From a virus: a stretch of 64,000 nucleotides of DNA. Location: IMG/VR virus record IMGVR_UViG_3300025545_000003, positions 42,831 to 106,830 of that record; one strand, given 5' to 3'. The position numbers were made by a program, and so were the translations under genes. Positions 44,817 through 54,647 of the stretch are shown in pieces (positions within the stretch are counted from its first letter, which is position 1; every line of letters begins with the position of its first letter). The notes below the pieces were generated by a model that was given only the letters and a program-made list of their open reading frames with translations, was not told the origin of the DNA and did no database searches.

Positions 44817-46177
44817 CACATCAACAGGGAATCCGAACCAGCCTCTTTCACACAGCGGCGGGCCTCCGCCACGATAGAAGCCGCACGGTGGGGGCTGACG
44901 CCCTCCTCGTGAGCGATCTCCTTGACGGTGAACCCACAGACCCGCATGCGGATGATGCCGACGTAGCGCATCCACGCCTTCGGCTTCTTCTCCCGCACGA
45001 TGTCCTCGATCCGCTCCATGATCCCTTCGAACTGGATCCAGTCGTCTACGGCGTTGGGGGCGTCCAAGGGTTCAGAGGCGATGTCCATCATTTCGCCTGC
45101 GTGCCCGTCATCGCCACGCTGCCACACGATCCGGGGGTCGGACATGGGAGCCGTAACGACGCCGTGCTGACGCTCCGACTGAGTCCGTGCCCCGTACAGT
45201 TCCCGTGCGACGGGGTCTTTCCCCTCGTCCCGGATGTCCGTGTAACCGGCCCGGACAGCGTAGGTGGACAGCAGGGAGTCGGGGATCTTCTTGCCTGCCA
45301 GAATCCGCTCTCTCAGGCTGTCACGCTGGATCAACCGCAGGAGACAGTTCTGGACGTGGTCCTCGACCCGGTTCGTGCGGGCTGAGATAGGGAGCTTCTT
45401 CGCCACGGCACCGGCCATCATCTTCATCAGGTCGCCCTGGTGGCCGCCGGTCTCCTTGATCCGCTGACCCAGGAACTCGCCCGTGAGGTTGGCCTTCTTG
45501 GCTCCGGTGAGGCGGCGGGCCTCCTCGATCCCTGCGGTGGTCAGCCGCCACTTGCCGTGTCCGGCCTTTTCCACGTAGGGGATGGCCCGGTCACAGAGGT
45601 TCTTCATGGCCCAACGGGCACGCTCCGGGGCCAGCAGGGTGCCATTGGAAGTCTTCACGTCCCAGCCACGAGGGAGGGCCGCCAAGTCGTACCCCAGAAC
45701 CTGGAACACGTCCGGGAGAATCTCCTTGAAACTCAAGGGGTCAGGCTCGTAGTCGGTGGCCTGACCCAGCGCCTTGAGGATGGGTTCGTGGAATAGGGCG
45801 GGGGACGGAGCGGGGAGGGGACGGGGGCACAGCTTCTCGGCGAGGGCTACCCCTGCATCGGTGAGTCCCCACTTGCCACGGTGGCCGGTCAAGACCATCG
45901 GATTCTGGGAACGCCAGTGGAGGCGACGGTACGAGTACCAGATGCGCCGGTCGAAGCCGTTGGGCTTGTCCCGACCGGGGCGCTGCCAGCCGTCCTTCGG
46001 GTCGCCGTACTGACTGAGGTTGTCCGGGTCGTACCCGGCGTCACGGATCACGTCGGGGAGGATGTCCGCACTAGAGACCAGAATCCCGCTTTTGAAGTCG
46101 GTGGCCTTGCCTAGCTGCTTGATCAGGTGGGGCGTGAACTGTTGGGGAGACGGGAGACAGGGATTCACATTGGTCAT
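44813..46177 (-). CDS. Sigma-factor-like protein with two N-terminal Mrr_N-like winged-helix repeats
   Basis: Two (R/H)GKW-x-LT-x-AG repeats; VEDHVQNCLLRL (region 2-like); GFTVKEIAHEEGVS HTH (region 4-like). Confidence 0.65.
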   Translation of the reverse strand: MTNVNPCLPSPQQFTPHLIKQLGKATDFKSGILVSSADILPDVIRDAGYDPDNLSQYGDPKDGWQRPGRDKPNGFDRRIWYSYRRLHWRSQNPMVLTGHRGKWGLTDAGVALAEKLCPRPLPAPSPALFHEPILKALGQATDYEPDPLSFKEILPDVFQVLGYDLAALPRGWDVKTSNGTLLAPERARWAMKNLCDRAIPYVEKAGHGKWRLTTAGIEEARRLTGAKKANLTGEFLGQRIKETGGHQGDLMKMMAGAVAKKLPISARTNRVEDHVQNCLLRLIQRDSLRERILAGKKIPDSLLSTYAVRAGYTDIRDEGKDPVARELYGARTQSERQHGVVTAPMSDPRIVWQRGDDGHAGEMMDIASEPLDAPNAVDDWIQFEGIMERIEDIVREKKPKAWMRYVGIIRMRVCGFTVKEIAHEEGVSPHRAASIVAEARRCVKEAGSDSLLMC

Positions 46178-46290
46178 CCGGGGTTCCTCCTTAGGCAATC
46201 GCTCTTTCGAGCATGAGCCTTGGCTGGGTTTCGACCACCAACTTGAACGGGCTTTCTTACGAGCAGGTTGCGGTGGTGGCCTGTGCCTTG

Positions 46291-46318
46291 AATGTACCAC
46301 GCTCCTGTTGCCTGTCAA
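46291..46318 (-). promoter_or_regulatory. Sigma70-type promoter TTGACA-N16-TACATT
   Basis: Upstream of the sigma-like gene. Confidence 0.6.
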
Positions 46319-46422
46319 GGAAAACGCCATCCTAGATTCTGGAATGATAACAAGAACTTGCACGTCGCTCGGTGTTCGTTCTATACTGGTGTCGTGGTAG
46401 ACAGTGCTGAAAGGAAGCCAGC

Positions 46423-47607
46423 ATGACGCTGAACACATTGAAAAGAGACCTGGTGGCCCTCAACCGTGTTGCCCGGGATCTAGCATCCCGTGAGGCCGCT
46501 GCGGTCACCGATACGGACAAGCTGACACACAGGGTGGCCTCCCGCTGGGTGTCCGGTGCGTCCGGTGCCATGCGCCGTGAGTACGACATCATGCTTCGCC
46601 TCCAGACGCTAGAGGGTGCGGCCAACGTCAAGGACGGCATCTGGTGGAAGAAGGGCAAGCGCGGCCTTCCTCTGGCACAGGCGGCGTTTGAGAAGGCCAC
46701 AGTAGACCCCGAGTGGTTCTCCACCGGCTACACCCGCATGTATGAGGCGGTCGAGGCCAACGTGGCCCGTACCATCTCGTCGATGGGCCTGCCGGTCGAG
46801 GCGGACGAACTCATCAATCTGACCCTGATGGGCCAGTCGTTGACGAAGGAGGACAAGGCGGCCACGCCGATCCCCCGGTCAGCAGGCAAGACCTTGAAGA
46901 GCGGGATCCTGTCCGGCAAGGAGTCCCCTGTCATGGTCGGCAAGGGTGTCATCGCCTCGTGGATCAAGCAGAAGCTCATTACCCTCAAGCGTGACGCCCC
47001 TCCCGAACAGGAGATGCCCACGGACGAGGACGGCAAGGACTACGAGTTCGCTGCCCCGAGTGATGAGCCGGAGCCCGAATACAGCACCCCGCATGAGTTC
47101 CTGTCAGCCATCACCTACCGTAAGATGGGTGACCCGTTGGGCAAGAAGTTCCGTGCCTTGATGAAGAAGGCGTTTACCAACAACCGGGACTGGTCCCCCG
47201 CCATGCTGTACTGGCTGGAGCAGGCCGAGAAGGGCCGCTTCGTGCAGAGGAACCAGATGGCCGATTGGGCGAACATCTCACCCGGCAGCTTCTCCGTGAA
47301 CTACTGGAAGGCCGCTTGGGCGGCGTTCTTCAAGGAACTGTGGGCCGACAAGAGCCTCCTCAAGGAGATCAAGAAGCGCCTACAGGCCGAGGAATTGTTC
47401 GACGAGATCGTCAAGCCCGACCTGACCAAGCTCAAGGACGGCAACCCGCTGTCCATCATCCTCCCCCGCAACCGGAACCGTAAAAAGAAGAAGGCCGACA
47501 GGGACATGGTCGAGCACGTCACCACCCGGTGGATGGACGGCAGCATCATCGAGAAAGTCGTCCACCGTCATGTCGCCGAAAGGCCCGACAGCGTCCCGGT
47601 TTCCTGA
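46423..47607 (+). CDS. Hypothetical protein with possible HTH
   Basis: RVASRW motif; RNQMADWANISPGSFS. Confidence 0.65.
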   Translation: MTLNTLKRDLVALNRVARDLASREAAAVTDTDKLTHRVASRWVSGASGAMRREYDIMLRLQTLEGAANVKDGIWWKKGKRGLPLAQAAFEKATVDPEWFSTGYTRMYEAVEANVARTISSMGLPVEADELINLTLMGQSLTKEDKAATPIPRSAGKTLKSGILSGKESPVMVGKGVIASWIKQKLITLKRDAPPEQEMPTDEDGKDYEFAAPSDEPEPEYSTPHEFLSAITYRKMGDPLGKKFRALMKKAFTNNRDWSPAMLYWLEQAEKGRFVQRNQMADWANISPGSFSVNYWKAAWAAFFKELWADKSLLKEIKKRLQAEELFDEIVKPDLTKLKDGNPLSIILPRNRNRKKKKADRDMVEHVTTRWMDGSIIEKVVHRHVAERPDSVPVS

Positions 47608-47647
47608 ACCCCACTCATCCTGCCCCCTTACAGCCCCCTCTGTTTCC

Positions 47648-48240
47648 TTGACGTCGTGCCCTAACGGCGACTACCCTTTGTACTTGGTTCGACCGACCGA
47701 CCTGATCTCTGAAAATGAGACGTACTGTTGCCGCTCCGGTGCCGTTGAGTACTGGTCCCCTTGGGGATCGTGGAAAGCCACTGGAGGCAGAGAGTCATAG
47801 TCCTAATGACTTGGCAGGTATCCGGGTAACCGGAGGGGAAGCCATTGAGCTTTGAGAGCGCCCCCACAGGACGGTCTGTTCTTTGAACATGTCGAACCTC
47901 GTCATCTGCGGGACTCCTTGGTCCCCTCGATGGTGAAGGTGATTTGAGGTTTGCCCTTTCCGTATGGGAGAGGGCCTGGATGGGAGCCTTCAGGTGTAAC
48001 GAGGAACGCACCTGACCCCGGGTAGCCCATCACGGACTGCGGTAGAATGACCCTGACTCTCAGGACCATGATGAGAGAAAAGGGCGTCCGTAGGACGACC
48101 GGATGATGAGTAGGGATAGCGGTTAAGATTCCAGTGCTTGTTCTCGTCAACGTAGTAGCGACTGCAACGGCAGCCGGAAAATCCAGCGCAGGTTACCCCT
48201 AGTGGGGCTTGGGCGACGTGTATTAAAAACTCCCAAGTTT
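47648..48240 (+). ncRNA. Candidate large structured RNA or leader
   Basis: TTGACG-N18-TACCCT promoter, more than 12 hairpins, long-range helices, no credible ORF. Confidence 0.55.
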
Positions 48241-48330
48241 GCCTCTCCGCCAAAGTTCCACCCCAATAGTTTCAAGTTTAGACCCCGGCCTCGGTATTCT
48301 GTGTCTACGGGACCTCTGTAGGAGGGTGCT

Positions 48331-48888
48331 GTGACGATCAGGACATCAGAGTACGAACGCTTCGACACCCGCAAGATGGCTGTGGGCTGCCTGCATATCC
48401 TGTTAAGCCGTGCTCATGCGGACTTCCCTGGGACTACAAGGGCTGCTCCTGCACGTTGGGTGGTTGTTCAGTTGGCCCCTGGAGGGCCTCTAGCTCCCGC
48501 CTACAAGGGCTACTTCCCCTACAAGGTCATCTGGTACGTCTGGCAAAACGTGGTCGTTCCTGTGCTGGAAGACCCGACCTACCAGATCGTGACAGAGGAC
48601 ACGACGTCCCTGCGTGTGTCGTTGAACCAAGCCCTGATTGAGGAGGGTGACTACAAGGGGGTGACCGACAAGATCGAAGCAGCCCTGATCGTCCGTCTCA
48701 AGGAACAGGGTATGGTACAACCGGATGCAGAACCGGAGTCGTCCAGCACGCTGGTTGATCCTGTTGCACCCGGGGAGCCTATCGTCCTGCCTGACACAGA
48801 CCCCATGGACACGGGGGACTCCCTTGTGTGGCCGGAGGGGCACCCCAAGTTGACGTACCCCGAAGTGGATGGAGGCCCCAATGGCTGA
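48331..48888 (+). CDS. Hypothetical protein
   Basis: AGGAGG RBS. Confidence 0.6.
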   Translation: MTIRTSEYERFDTRKMAVGCLHILLSRAHADFPGTTRAAPARWVVVQLAPGGPLAPAYKGYFPYKVIWYVWQNVVVPVLEDPTYQIVTEDTTSLRVSLNQALIEEGDYKGVTDKIEAALIVRLKEQGMVQPDAEPESSSTLVDPVAPGEPIVLPDTDPMDTGDSLVWPEGHPKLTYPEVDGGPNG

Positions 48889-49099
48889 CGAGAAGAAAAA
48901 GGTTCCTGTCCCCAAGACGCTCTGGATCAAGTGCCGTGCGAGTGAGAAGTGTGAGGGCAACCAGGCCGAGATCATCATGCAGCGGGCACAGAAGCCCATG
49001 GGTCGTGCTGGGGGAGCCTTCAACCTGGCGGAGCGGGCCGGAAAGCTCATCAGATATCGCTGTACGACCTGCAAGGGCATCTTCCAGATCGGTCAGTAG
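48881..49099 (+). CDS. Small Zn-ribbon protein
   Basis: C-x5-C...CTTC. Confidence 0.55.
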   Translation: MADEKKKVPVPKTLWIKCRASEKCEGNQAEIIMQRAQKPMGRAGGAFNLAERAGKLIRYRCTTCKGIFQIGQ

Positions 49100-49147
49100 G
49101 CTCCTCGCCCGCTTTCCTCGGGTAAGATTCCCTTACAGGAGGTAAGC

Positions 49148-49810
49148 GTGGCATCCTGCATATTGCTCCACGGGCCTGGTGCCCGACAAGCCGCATACAG
49201 CAAGGCCATCGAGGTCGGTCACCTGTCAGGTGATTTCGGAGACACAGAGGAGAAGCGGGCCAAGCCCAAGAAGGACCAGACCCTCTTCTCCCTGAATGTC
49301 GCCGAAGCCCGTGAAGCGATGGCCCTACTGTTGGACACCCCCCTCTATGACTCCGTCGGTTGCGTCGTCATAGGCCCCGTGGACGAGGCACAAGCCAAGG
49401 CGACCGACGTCCTGCTCAAAGGGATCGAGGAGTTCGCTGAAGGCGTCGTGCAGCCGATCCTGTGGGCCTACGACTATGGCTCAGTGTCCGCTACCGTGCG
49501 CTCCCGGTGCATGGAACAGTGGGTGCCGGGAGCGGGCGAGTCCGACGAGGATGAAGACCTTGTGGCCACGGCGTGGGTCGCGGTGGACAACGCCCTGTCC
49601 GGTGACGTCCACCTAATCCCGTCTGATGTCCAGAAGTTCGCCAAGAAGACCCGGGATGTGCTGTCCTTCTTGAAGGCGTCGGCTGATGCGGTCAGTACAG
49701 ACCTGGACTGCCCCAAGAGACGGGCGCTGTGGGAACGGCTACGCAAGGTGGCCTCGCACTACAACCCGACGCCGACGGAGTTGATCTCCGCCTTGATGGG
49801 GGTGGGCTGA
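49148..49810 (+). CDS. DNA polymerase III delta'-like clamp-loader subunit
   Basis: LLHGPG, LLK-x-IEE, TVRSRC. Confidence 0.65.
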   Translation: MASCILLHGPGARQAAYSKAIEVGHLSGDFGDTEEKRAKPKKDQTLFSLNVAEAREAMALLLDTPLYDSVGCVVIGPVDEAQAKATDVLLKGIEEFAEGVVQPILWAYDYGSVSATVRSRCMEQWVPGAGESDEDEDLVATAWVAVDNALSGDVHLIPSDVQKFAKKTRDVLSFLKASADAVSTDLDCPKRRALWERLRKVASHYNPTPTELISALMGVG

Positions 49811-50805
49811 TGGCCAAAGAGAAGAAGGCACCCCCGAAGCTGGTTGCCATCGCAGGCACTGACGGGTTCAACCGTCGCCGTGCCCTCCGTAAGACCATCC
49901 TCGATCAGGAGAAGGTCGGGTGGCGTGTGTCCTACGCTGACGCCACCGACCCTATGTCCATTTGGGACGCCGCTGCGGCGGACGTGATGTTCGAAGCCCC
50001 GGTGCTGGTGGTCGTAGAGAAGCCCCACAAGGGGAAGCTCGATCTGTACCGTGAGTTCATGAAGCGGGATGAGGGCGAGTCCGTCCTGTTGCTGTACGTG
50101 GACGGGAAGCTGGACACACGGACCAAGGCGGGCAAAGCGTTCGCCGAGTTCCTGAAGAAAGAGGTGAAGGCCAAACAGATATACGACGAGGCCGAGTCCC
50201 CGTGGAAGCGTGAGGAACTGGCCGTCGAGTTCGTGATCATGGAGGCCAAGGACACCTTCGATAAGAAGATCTCGTTCCCCCTCGCCAGTGGGATCGTCCA
50301 GAGGGTCGGGACAGACAAGGGGCTCATCCACTACGAGTTGCTCAAGATGGCCGAACTGGCCTCCCTGGACGGGTCCACCACCATAGACGGCACGCACGTC
50401 AAAGGTGGCCTCGCACCTCTAGGGGTGGCCCTCACTACGCCCCTGACGAACGCCCTGTCCCGCAAGGATGGCGTGAAGGTGGCCAAGGTCCTGGACCGCA
50501 TCAAGAAGACGAACAAGGGTGACCCCACGATCTACATCTGCCGGTTGCTGGCCTCCACAGTCTACAGGTGGCTGGGTCCGCTCAGGATGAAGGCGGAGGG
50601 GATCGGGTTCAAGGAGGCCGCCCTCCGGCTGAACATCAACGAGTGGTACTACAAGAACAAGCTCGCCCCACAATCCGCCATGTGGACTCAAGGCGACGTG
50701 CAGGCTCTGATCGGCAAGCTGGCCCTCACCGAAAGAGACCTTTTGACCGGTGCCTTGAACCCCTGGATGAGTCTGACTGCTCGGCTTCTGGCCTTCTGTG
50801 GGTAG
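49810..50805 (+). CDS. holA: DNA polymerase III delta-like subunit
   Basis: MF...LVVVE, KLD-x-R-x-K, VG-x-D...EL-x-K. Confidence 0.7.
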   Translation: MAKEKKAPPKLVAIAGTDGFNRRRALRKTILDQEKVGWRVSYADATDPMSIWDAAAADVMFEAPVLVVVEKPHKGKLDLYREFMKRDEGESVLLLYVDGKLDTRTKAGKAFAEFLKKEVKAKQIYDEAESPWKREELAVEFVIMEAKDTFDKKISFPLASGIVQRVGTDKGLIHYELLKMAELASLDGSTTIDGTHVKGGLAPLGVALTTPLTNALSRKDGVKVAKVLDRIKKTNKGDPTIYICRLLASTVYRWLGPLRMKAEGIGFKEAALRLNINEWYYKNKLAPQSAMWTQGDVQALIGKLALTERDLLTGALNPWMSLTARLLAFCG

Positions 50806-50943
50806 GGTGATGCGGAGGGGGTTCGTTTTCCCTTCTATGAGCCCTACTCTGATGGAGTCCATGATGAAAACCCACCCCTCTAATACAGGGTGGTGCTCGT
50901 GCCACCCCCTTGCCCGAGGCGTCTTCGTAGGAGTAGTCACACA

Positions 50944-53900
50944 ATGATTTTCAGTCAGGCTGCCGGTGACCGAAAGGTCCGTGCTTTTTCCTTGTCCAGT
51001 TCGTTCCTTGAGGAGTTCCACGGCAAGCAGCCCAACTGGGGTCCGGTAGGCTATTTCACGTTCAAGCGAACCTACGCCCGTGAGCTACCCGAGGGTGGCA
51101 CGGAGGAGTTCTGGCAGACGTGTAAGCGGGTCGTCGAGGGTTGCTTCCAGATCCAGAAGATCCACTGCCGCCGGATGGCCCTCCCGTGGAATGAGGCCAA
51201 GGGCCAGAACTCGGCGCAGGAGATGTTCCGCCGCATGTTCGATTTCAAGTTCACGCCACCGGGGCGTGGCCTGTGGATGATGGGCACGGACGTCGTGTAT
51301 AGCCGGGGCTCCGCCGCCCTCCAGAACTGCGCCTTCGTGTCCACGGACAAGCTCGCTGAAGATTTCTCCGGCCCGTTCACCTTCCTGATGGACCTCTCGA
51401 TGCTCGGCGTGGGTGTCGGTGGAGACACCAGAGGGAAAGGGGCTGTCCGTATCCAGCGCCCCGACATGTCCGTCACGCCCTACGTGGTGGATGACAGCCG
51501 GGAGGGCTGGGTGGACCTGGTCCGTACCTTGCTGGAGTCGTTCGTGGGCAAGGCCCAGTACCCGAGGGTCATCGACTACTCGCCGGTGCGGGGCCGTGGG
51601 GCAGCCATCAGCACTTTCGGGGGCGTAGCCTCCGGGCCACTCCCACTCCAGAAACTGGTCGAGGGCATCACGAAGATCCTGCTCCCCAAGGGCGTCCGGG
51701 CTGAGTTCGACGTGGACTACGACGAGGCCACGGGCAAGATCGGGAACGTGATCGTGACGTTCAAGGGCAAGAAGGCTCCCACGCCGTACCGTATCGGGTC
51801 AGCCCAGATCGTCGATGTGTTCAACTACATCGGCAAGTGCGTCGTGGCCGGTGGCGTCCGCCGGACGGCAGAGATCATGTTCGGAGAGCCCGACGACGAG
51901 GATTTCGTGACCCTCAAGCAGGACGAGGAGGCCCTCAACGACCGCCGTTGGGCGTCCAACAACTCCGTGTTCGGGTACGTGGGCATGGACTACACGGACA
52001 TCGTGGATTCCATCGCCAAGAACGGGGAGCCTGGTATCTGCTGGCTGGAGAATGCCCGTGCATACAGCCGCATGGGACACCCTGCGGACAACAAGGACTG
52101 GCGGGTCGTGGGTACGAACCCCTGCGGTGAGCAATCCCTTGAGTCCTTTGAGCTTTGCAACCTCGTGGAGACCTACCCGGCCCACCACGATGACTACGAC
52201 GACTACGAGCGCACCCTCAAGATGGCGTACCTCTACGCCAAGACCGTGACCCTCGTTCCTACACACATCCCAAGGGCCAACGCTGTCATGCAGCGCAACC
52301 GCCGCATCGGCTGTTCCATGTCTGGGATCACACAGGCGATGGCCAAGCTGGGGAGACGCTCGTTCCTGAACTGGTGCGATGAGGGCTATGACTACGTGCA
52401 GCGCCTCGACCGCATCTACTCTGAGTGGCTGGGCTGTGGCCTCTCGGTCAAGACGACGACCGTGAAGCCTTCTGGGTGCCAAGTACAGGGCACTCTCATA
52501 AACACAGAAAAGGGTATTTTCAGGCTGTCCGAGTTGGGGGATGTGCAAGGAGAGATGTGGCAGGATATTTCTGGGTGGACTTCCCTTGGGAAAAACATCA
52601 CTAAGTTCTTTGTGAATGGGGATGGTCCTACTAAGCAGTTACGGACAGAGGATGGAAATCTTCTTGAGGGCTCTTTGCCTCATCAGTACCAGGTGGTGGT
52701 TGATGGCGATGTTGTTTGGAAGAAGGTTGCTGATATTGTGGTAGGTGACCAACTTTTGGTTTCTTTGGGGGACTACCAGAACAAGACAGAGCCTTCTCTT
52801 TTTCAGGTCCCTGCCCCATACCACAATACCAAGAGCATTCTGCAACCGAAGGAGATGAGTCCTGCGTTAGCATGGTTTCTCGGGATGTTGTATGGGGATG
52901 GTTCTGTCCATAAGAAGGGGTTGCGGATATCTTTCAATCGGAAAGAGGCTTCCCTTGTCCATTTCATTTCCCAGACGGTGAAGAGTTTGTTTGGGTTGGA
53001 TGCTCTTGTGGACGATGATCACAGTATATACATCAACTCGACCCACCTTTTGGCTTACCTAGAAGCCAACCATATGCTGAAGGACTTTTCACACTCCTTG
53101 GAGATGCCTTTGGCCATACGCAGCGCAGGGGTAGACAGCATCAAAGCGTTCATCACGGGTTTGTGGCGGGCTGATGGAGCGATCTATAACCGTTCTACTT
53201 GGGGCATCTGTACGGTGTCTGAAGGTTTCGCTAGAGACCTTTTGGTCCTTTGCCGAGCTGTGGGTTTCAATGTCAAGCTGAAAAATGCGGGTCCGGGTGG
53301 TTGGGGCTCTCGGGATAGGTGGCTCATTACTTCGCGGATGGGGGAACCTGATTTGCTCCGGTATGTGTCCCGTGAATTACGGGAGCGAGTCTTTGGGGAG
53401 GGTTTGTGGTTGGATCCTGTGGTAGATGTCACGGATTCCTATAGCCCGACCTTTGATATCGAGGTTCCTGACACGAAAGAATATGTGGCGAATGGGGTGT
53501 TGTCCCACAACACCGTCAGCCTCTTGTGTGGGGCGACACCCGGTATCCACTACCCCCACTCGGAGTTCTACATCCGGCACATTCGGGTGCAGAACACGTC
53601 CCCGCTGGTCCAGGCCGCACGGGACGCAGGATTCGACGTCCACCCCGACCCCTACGCCGACGACACGTCCGTGGTGGCGTTCCCCGTCCGGGAGAACCAC
53701 TTCACGAAGGGCAAGGCGGAGGTGACGGTCTGGGAGCAGTACCTGAACGCCGAGGACTTGCAGAAGCACTGGGCCGACAACCAGGTCTCCGTCACGATCA
53801 CCTTCACGAAGGACGAGGTGCGGGATCTCAAGCCCGCACTCGAGGCTTTTGAGGATCGGCTCAAGGGTATCTCGATGTTGCCCCTGGCGGACGAGGATCA

Positions 53901-54063
53901 CGGTTACCAGTTCGCTCCGTACCAGGAGATCGATGAGGAGCAGTACGCCTCGATGGTAGCCCGCACAAAGGCCATCGACTTCGGCGGGGCCGACACCCAC
54001 GACAAGGATTCGGAAGACAAGTTCTGCACGGGTGAAGCCTGCACCATTCTCCCCCCCAAGTAG
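50944..54063 (+). CDS. nrdJ: Class II (adenosylcobalamin-dependent) ribonucleotide reductase with intein
   Basis: PPGRGLW, LQNC, GGVRRTA, TNPCGEQSL..ELCNL, VKPSG|TVS, C-terminal C-x4-C. Confidence 0.95.
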   Translation: MIFSQAAGDRKVRAFSLSSSFLEEFHGKQPNWGPVGYFTFKRTYARELPEGGTEEFWQTCKRVVEGCFQIQKIHCRRMALPWNEAKGQNSAQEMFRRMFDFKFTPPGRGLWMMGTDVVYSRGSAALQNCAFVSTDKLAEDFSGPFTFLMDLSMLGVGVGGDTRGKGAVRIQRPDMSVTPYVVDDSREGWVDLVRTLLESFVGKAQYPRVIDYSPVRGRGAAISTFGGVASGPLPLQKLVEGITKILLPKGVRAEFDVDYDEATGKIGNVIVTFKGKKAPTPYRIGSAQIVDVFNYIGKCVVAGGVRRTAEIMFGEPDDEDFVTLKQDEEALNDRRWASNNSVFGYVGMDYTDIVDSIAKNGEPGICWLENARAYSRMGHPADNKDWRVVGTNPCGEQSLESFELCNLVETYPAHHDDYDDYERTLKMAYLYAKTVTLVPTHIPRANAVMQRNRRIGCSMSGITQAMAKLGRRSFLNWCDEGYDYVQRLDRIYSEWLGCGLSVKTTTVKPSGCQVQGTLINTEKGIFRLSELGDVQGEMWQDISGWTSLGKNITKFFVNGDGPTKQLRTEDGNLLEGSLPHQYQVVVDGDVVWKKVADIVVGDQLLVSLGDYQNKTEPSLFQVPAPYHNTKSILQPKEMSPALAWFLGMLYGDGSVHKKGLRISFNRKEASLVHFISQTVKSLFGLDALVDDDHSIYINSTHLLAYLEANHMLKDFSHSLEMPLAIRSAGVDSIKAFITGLWRADGAIYNRSTWGICTVSEGFARDLLVLCRAVGFNVKLKNAGPGGWGSRDRWLITSRMGEPDLLRYVSRELRERVFGEGLWLDPVVDVTDSYSPTFDIEVPDTKEYVANGVLSHNTVSLLCGATPGIHYPHSEFYIRHIRVQNTSPLVQAARDAGFDVHPDPYADDTSVVAFPVRENHFTKGKAEVTVWEQYLNAEDLQKHWADNQVSVTITFTKDEVRDLKPALEAFEDRLKGISMLPLADEDHGYQFAPYQEIDEEQYASMVARTKAIDFGGADTHDKDSEDKFCTGEACTILPPK
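52477..53511 (+). mobile_element. Intein with LAGLIDADG homing endonuclease (345 aa)
   Basis: Starts CQV, ends SHN before Thr; LGMLYGDG and GLWRADG; low GC. Confidence 0.95.
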
Positions 54064-54111
54064 CCCCACAACACAGCGCTCTCGGGTATTCTCCATGACA
54101 AGGAGGGACTC

Positions 54112-54645
54112 ATGGACGGGTTCAATGCGATTCTGTTAGAGGGCAAGTTCTATGCGAAGGATGACACGCTCTGGATGACGGAGCAGGGCAACGTCCATGA
54201 CGTTGACGACGCCTTGCGTCCGTTTGAGGGCATCCTCGTTCACGTAGCCGTTCACATGGTCCCCCCAATGCCCCCAGACCCTACGAAACGGGGCGGCGGG
54301 TGCTGTTACTGGCCCGAGGGCATGGAATGTCCCGCAGGTCACCACGAGCACCCTGAACGCCTGTTGAACGTCCACGGTGATGGGACCCTCATCTACAAGG
54401 AGGGCGACTGGACACAGGAAGCGACGTGGTGGCTCAAGCAGTTCGACGGAACGGAACTGCGGCTGCCTTTGATGTACCTGCCCGGGCATGACGCCCGGAT
54501 CGCCTGCGCCACGAAGTTCGACGCCGAACGGATGCAGGAGTTGCTGTCCAAGGAGGGACTCGGCCAAGTTGAGGCCCTGGGGACACAGGCGCAGAGCCTT
54601 CAGGACATCCTCCGCCAGATCCAGGACGCCACCAAGGAGAAGTAG
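54112..54645 (+). CDS. Hypothetical protein
   Basis: AGGAGG RBS. Confidence 0.65.
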   Translation: MDGFNAILLEGKFYAKDDTLWMTEQGNVHDVDDALRPFEGILVHVAVHMVPPMPPDPTKRGGGCCYWPEGMECPAGHHEHPERLLNVHGDGTLIYKEGDWTQEATWWLKQFDGTELRLPLMYLPGHDARIACATKFDAERMQELLSKEGLGQVEALGTQAQSLQDILRQIQDATKEK

Positions 54646-54647
54646 CG

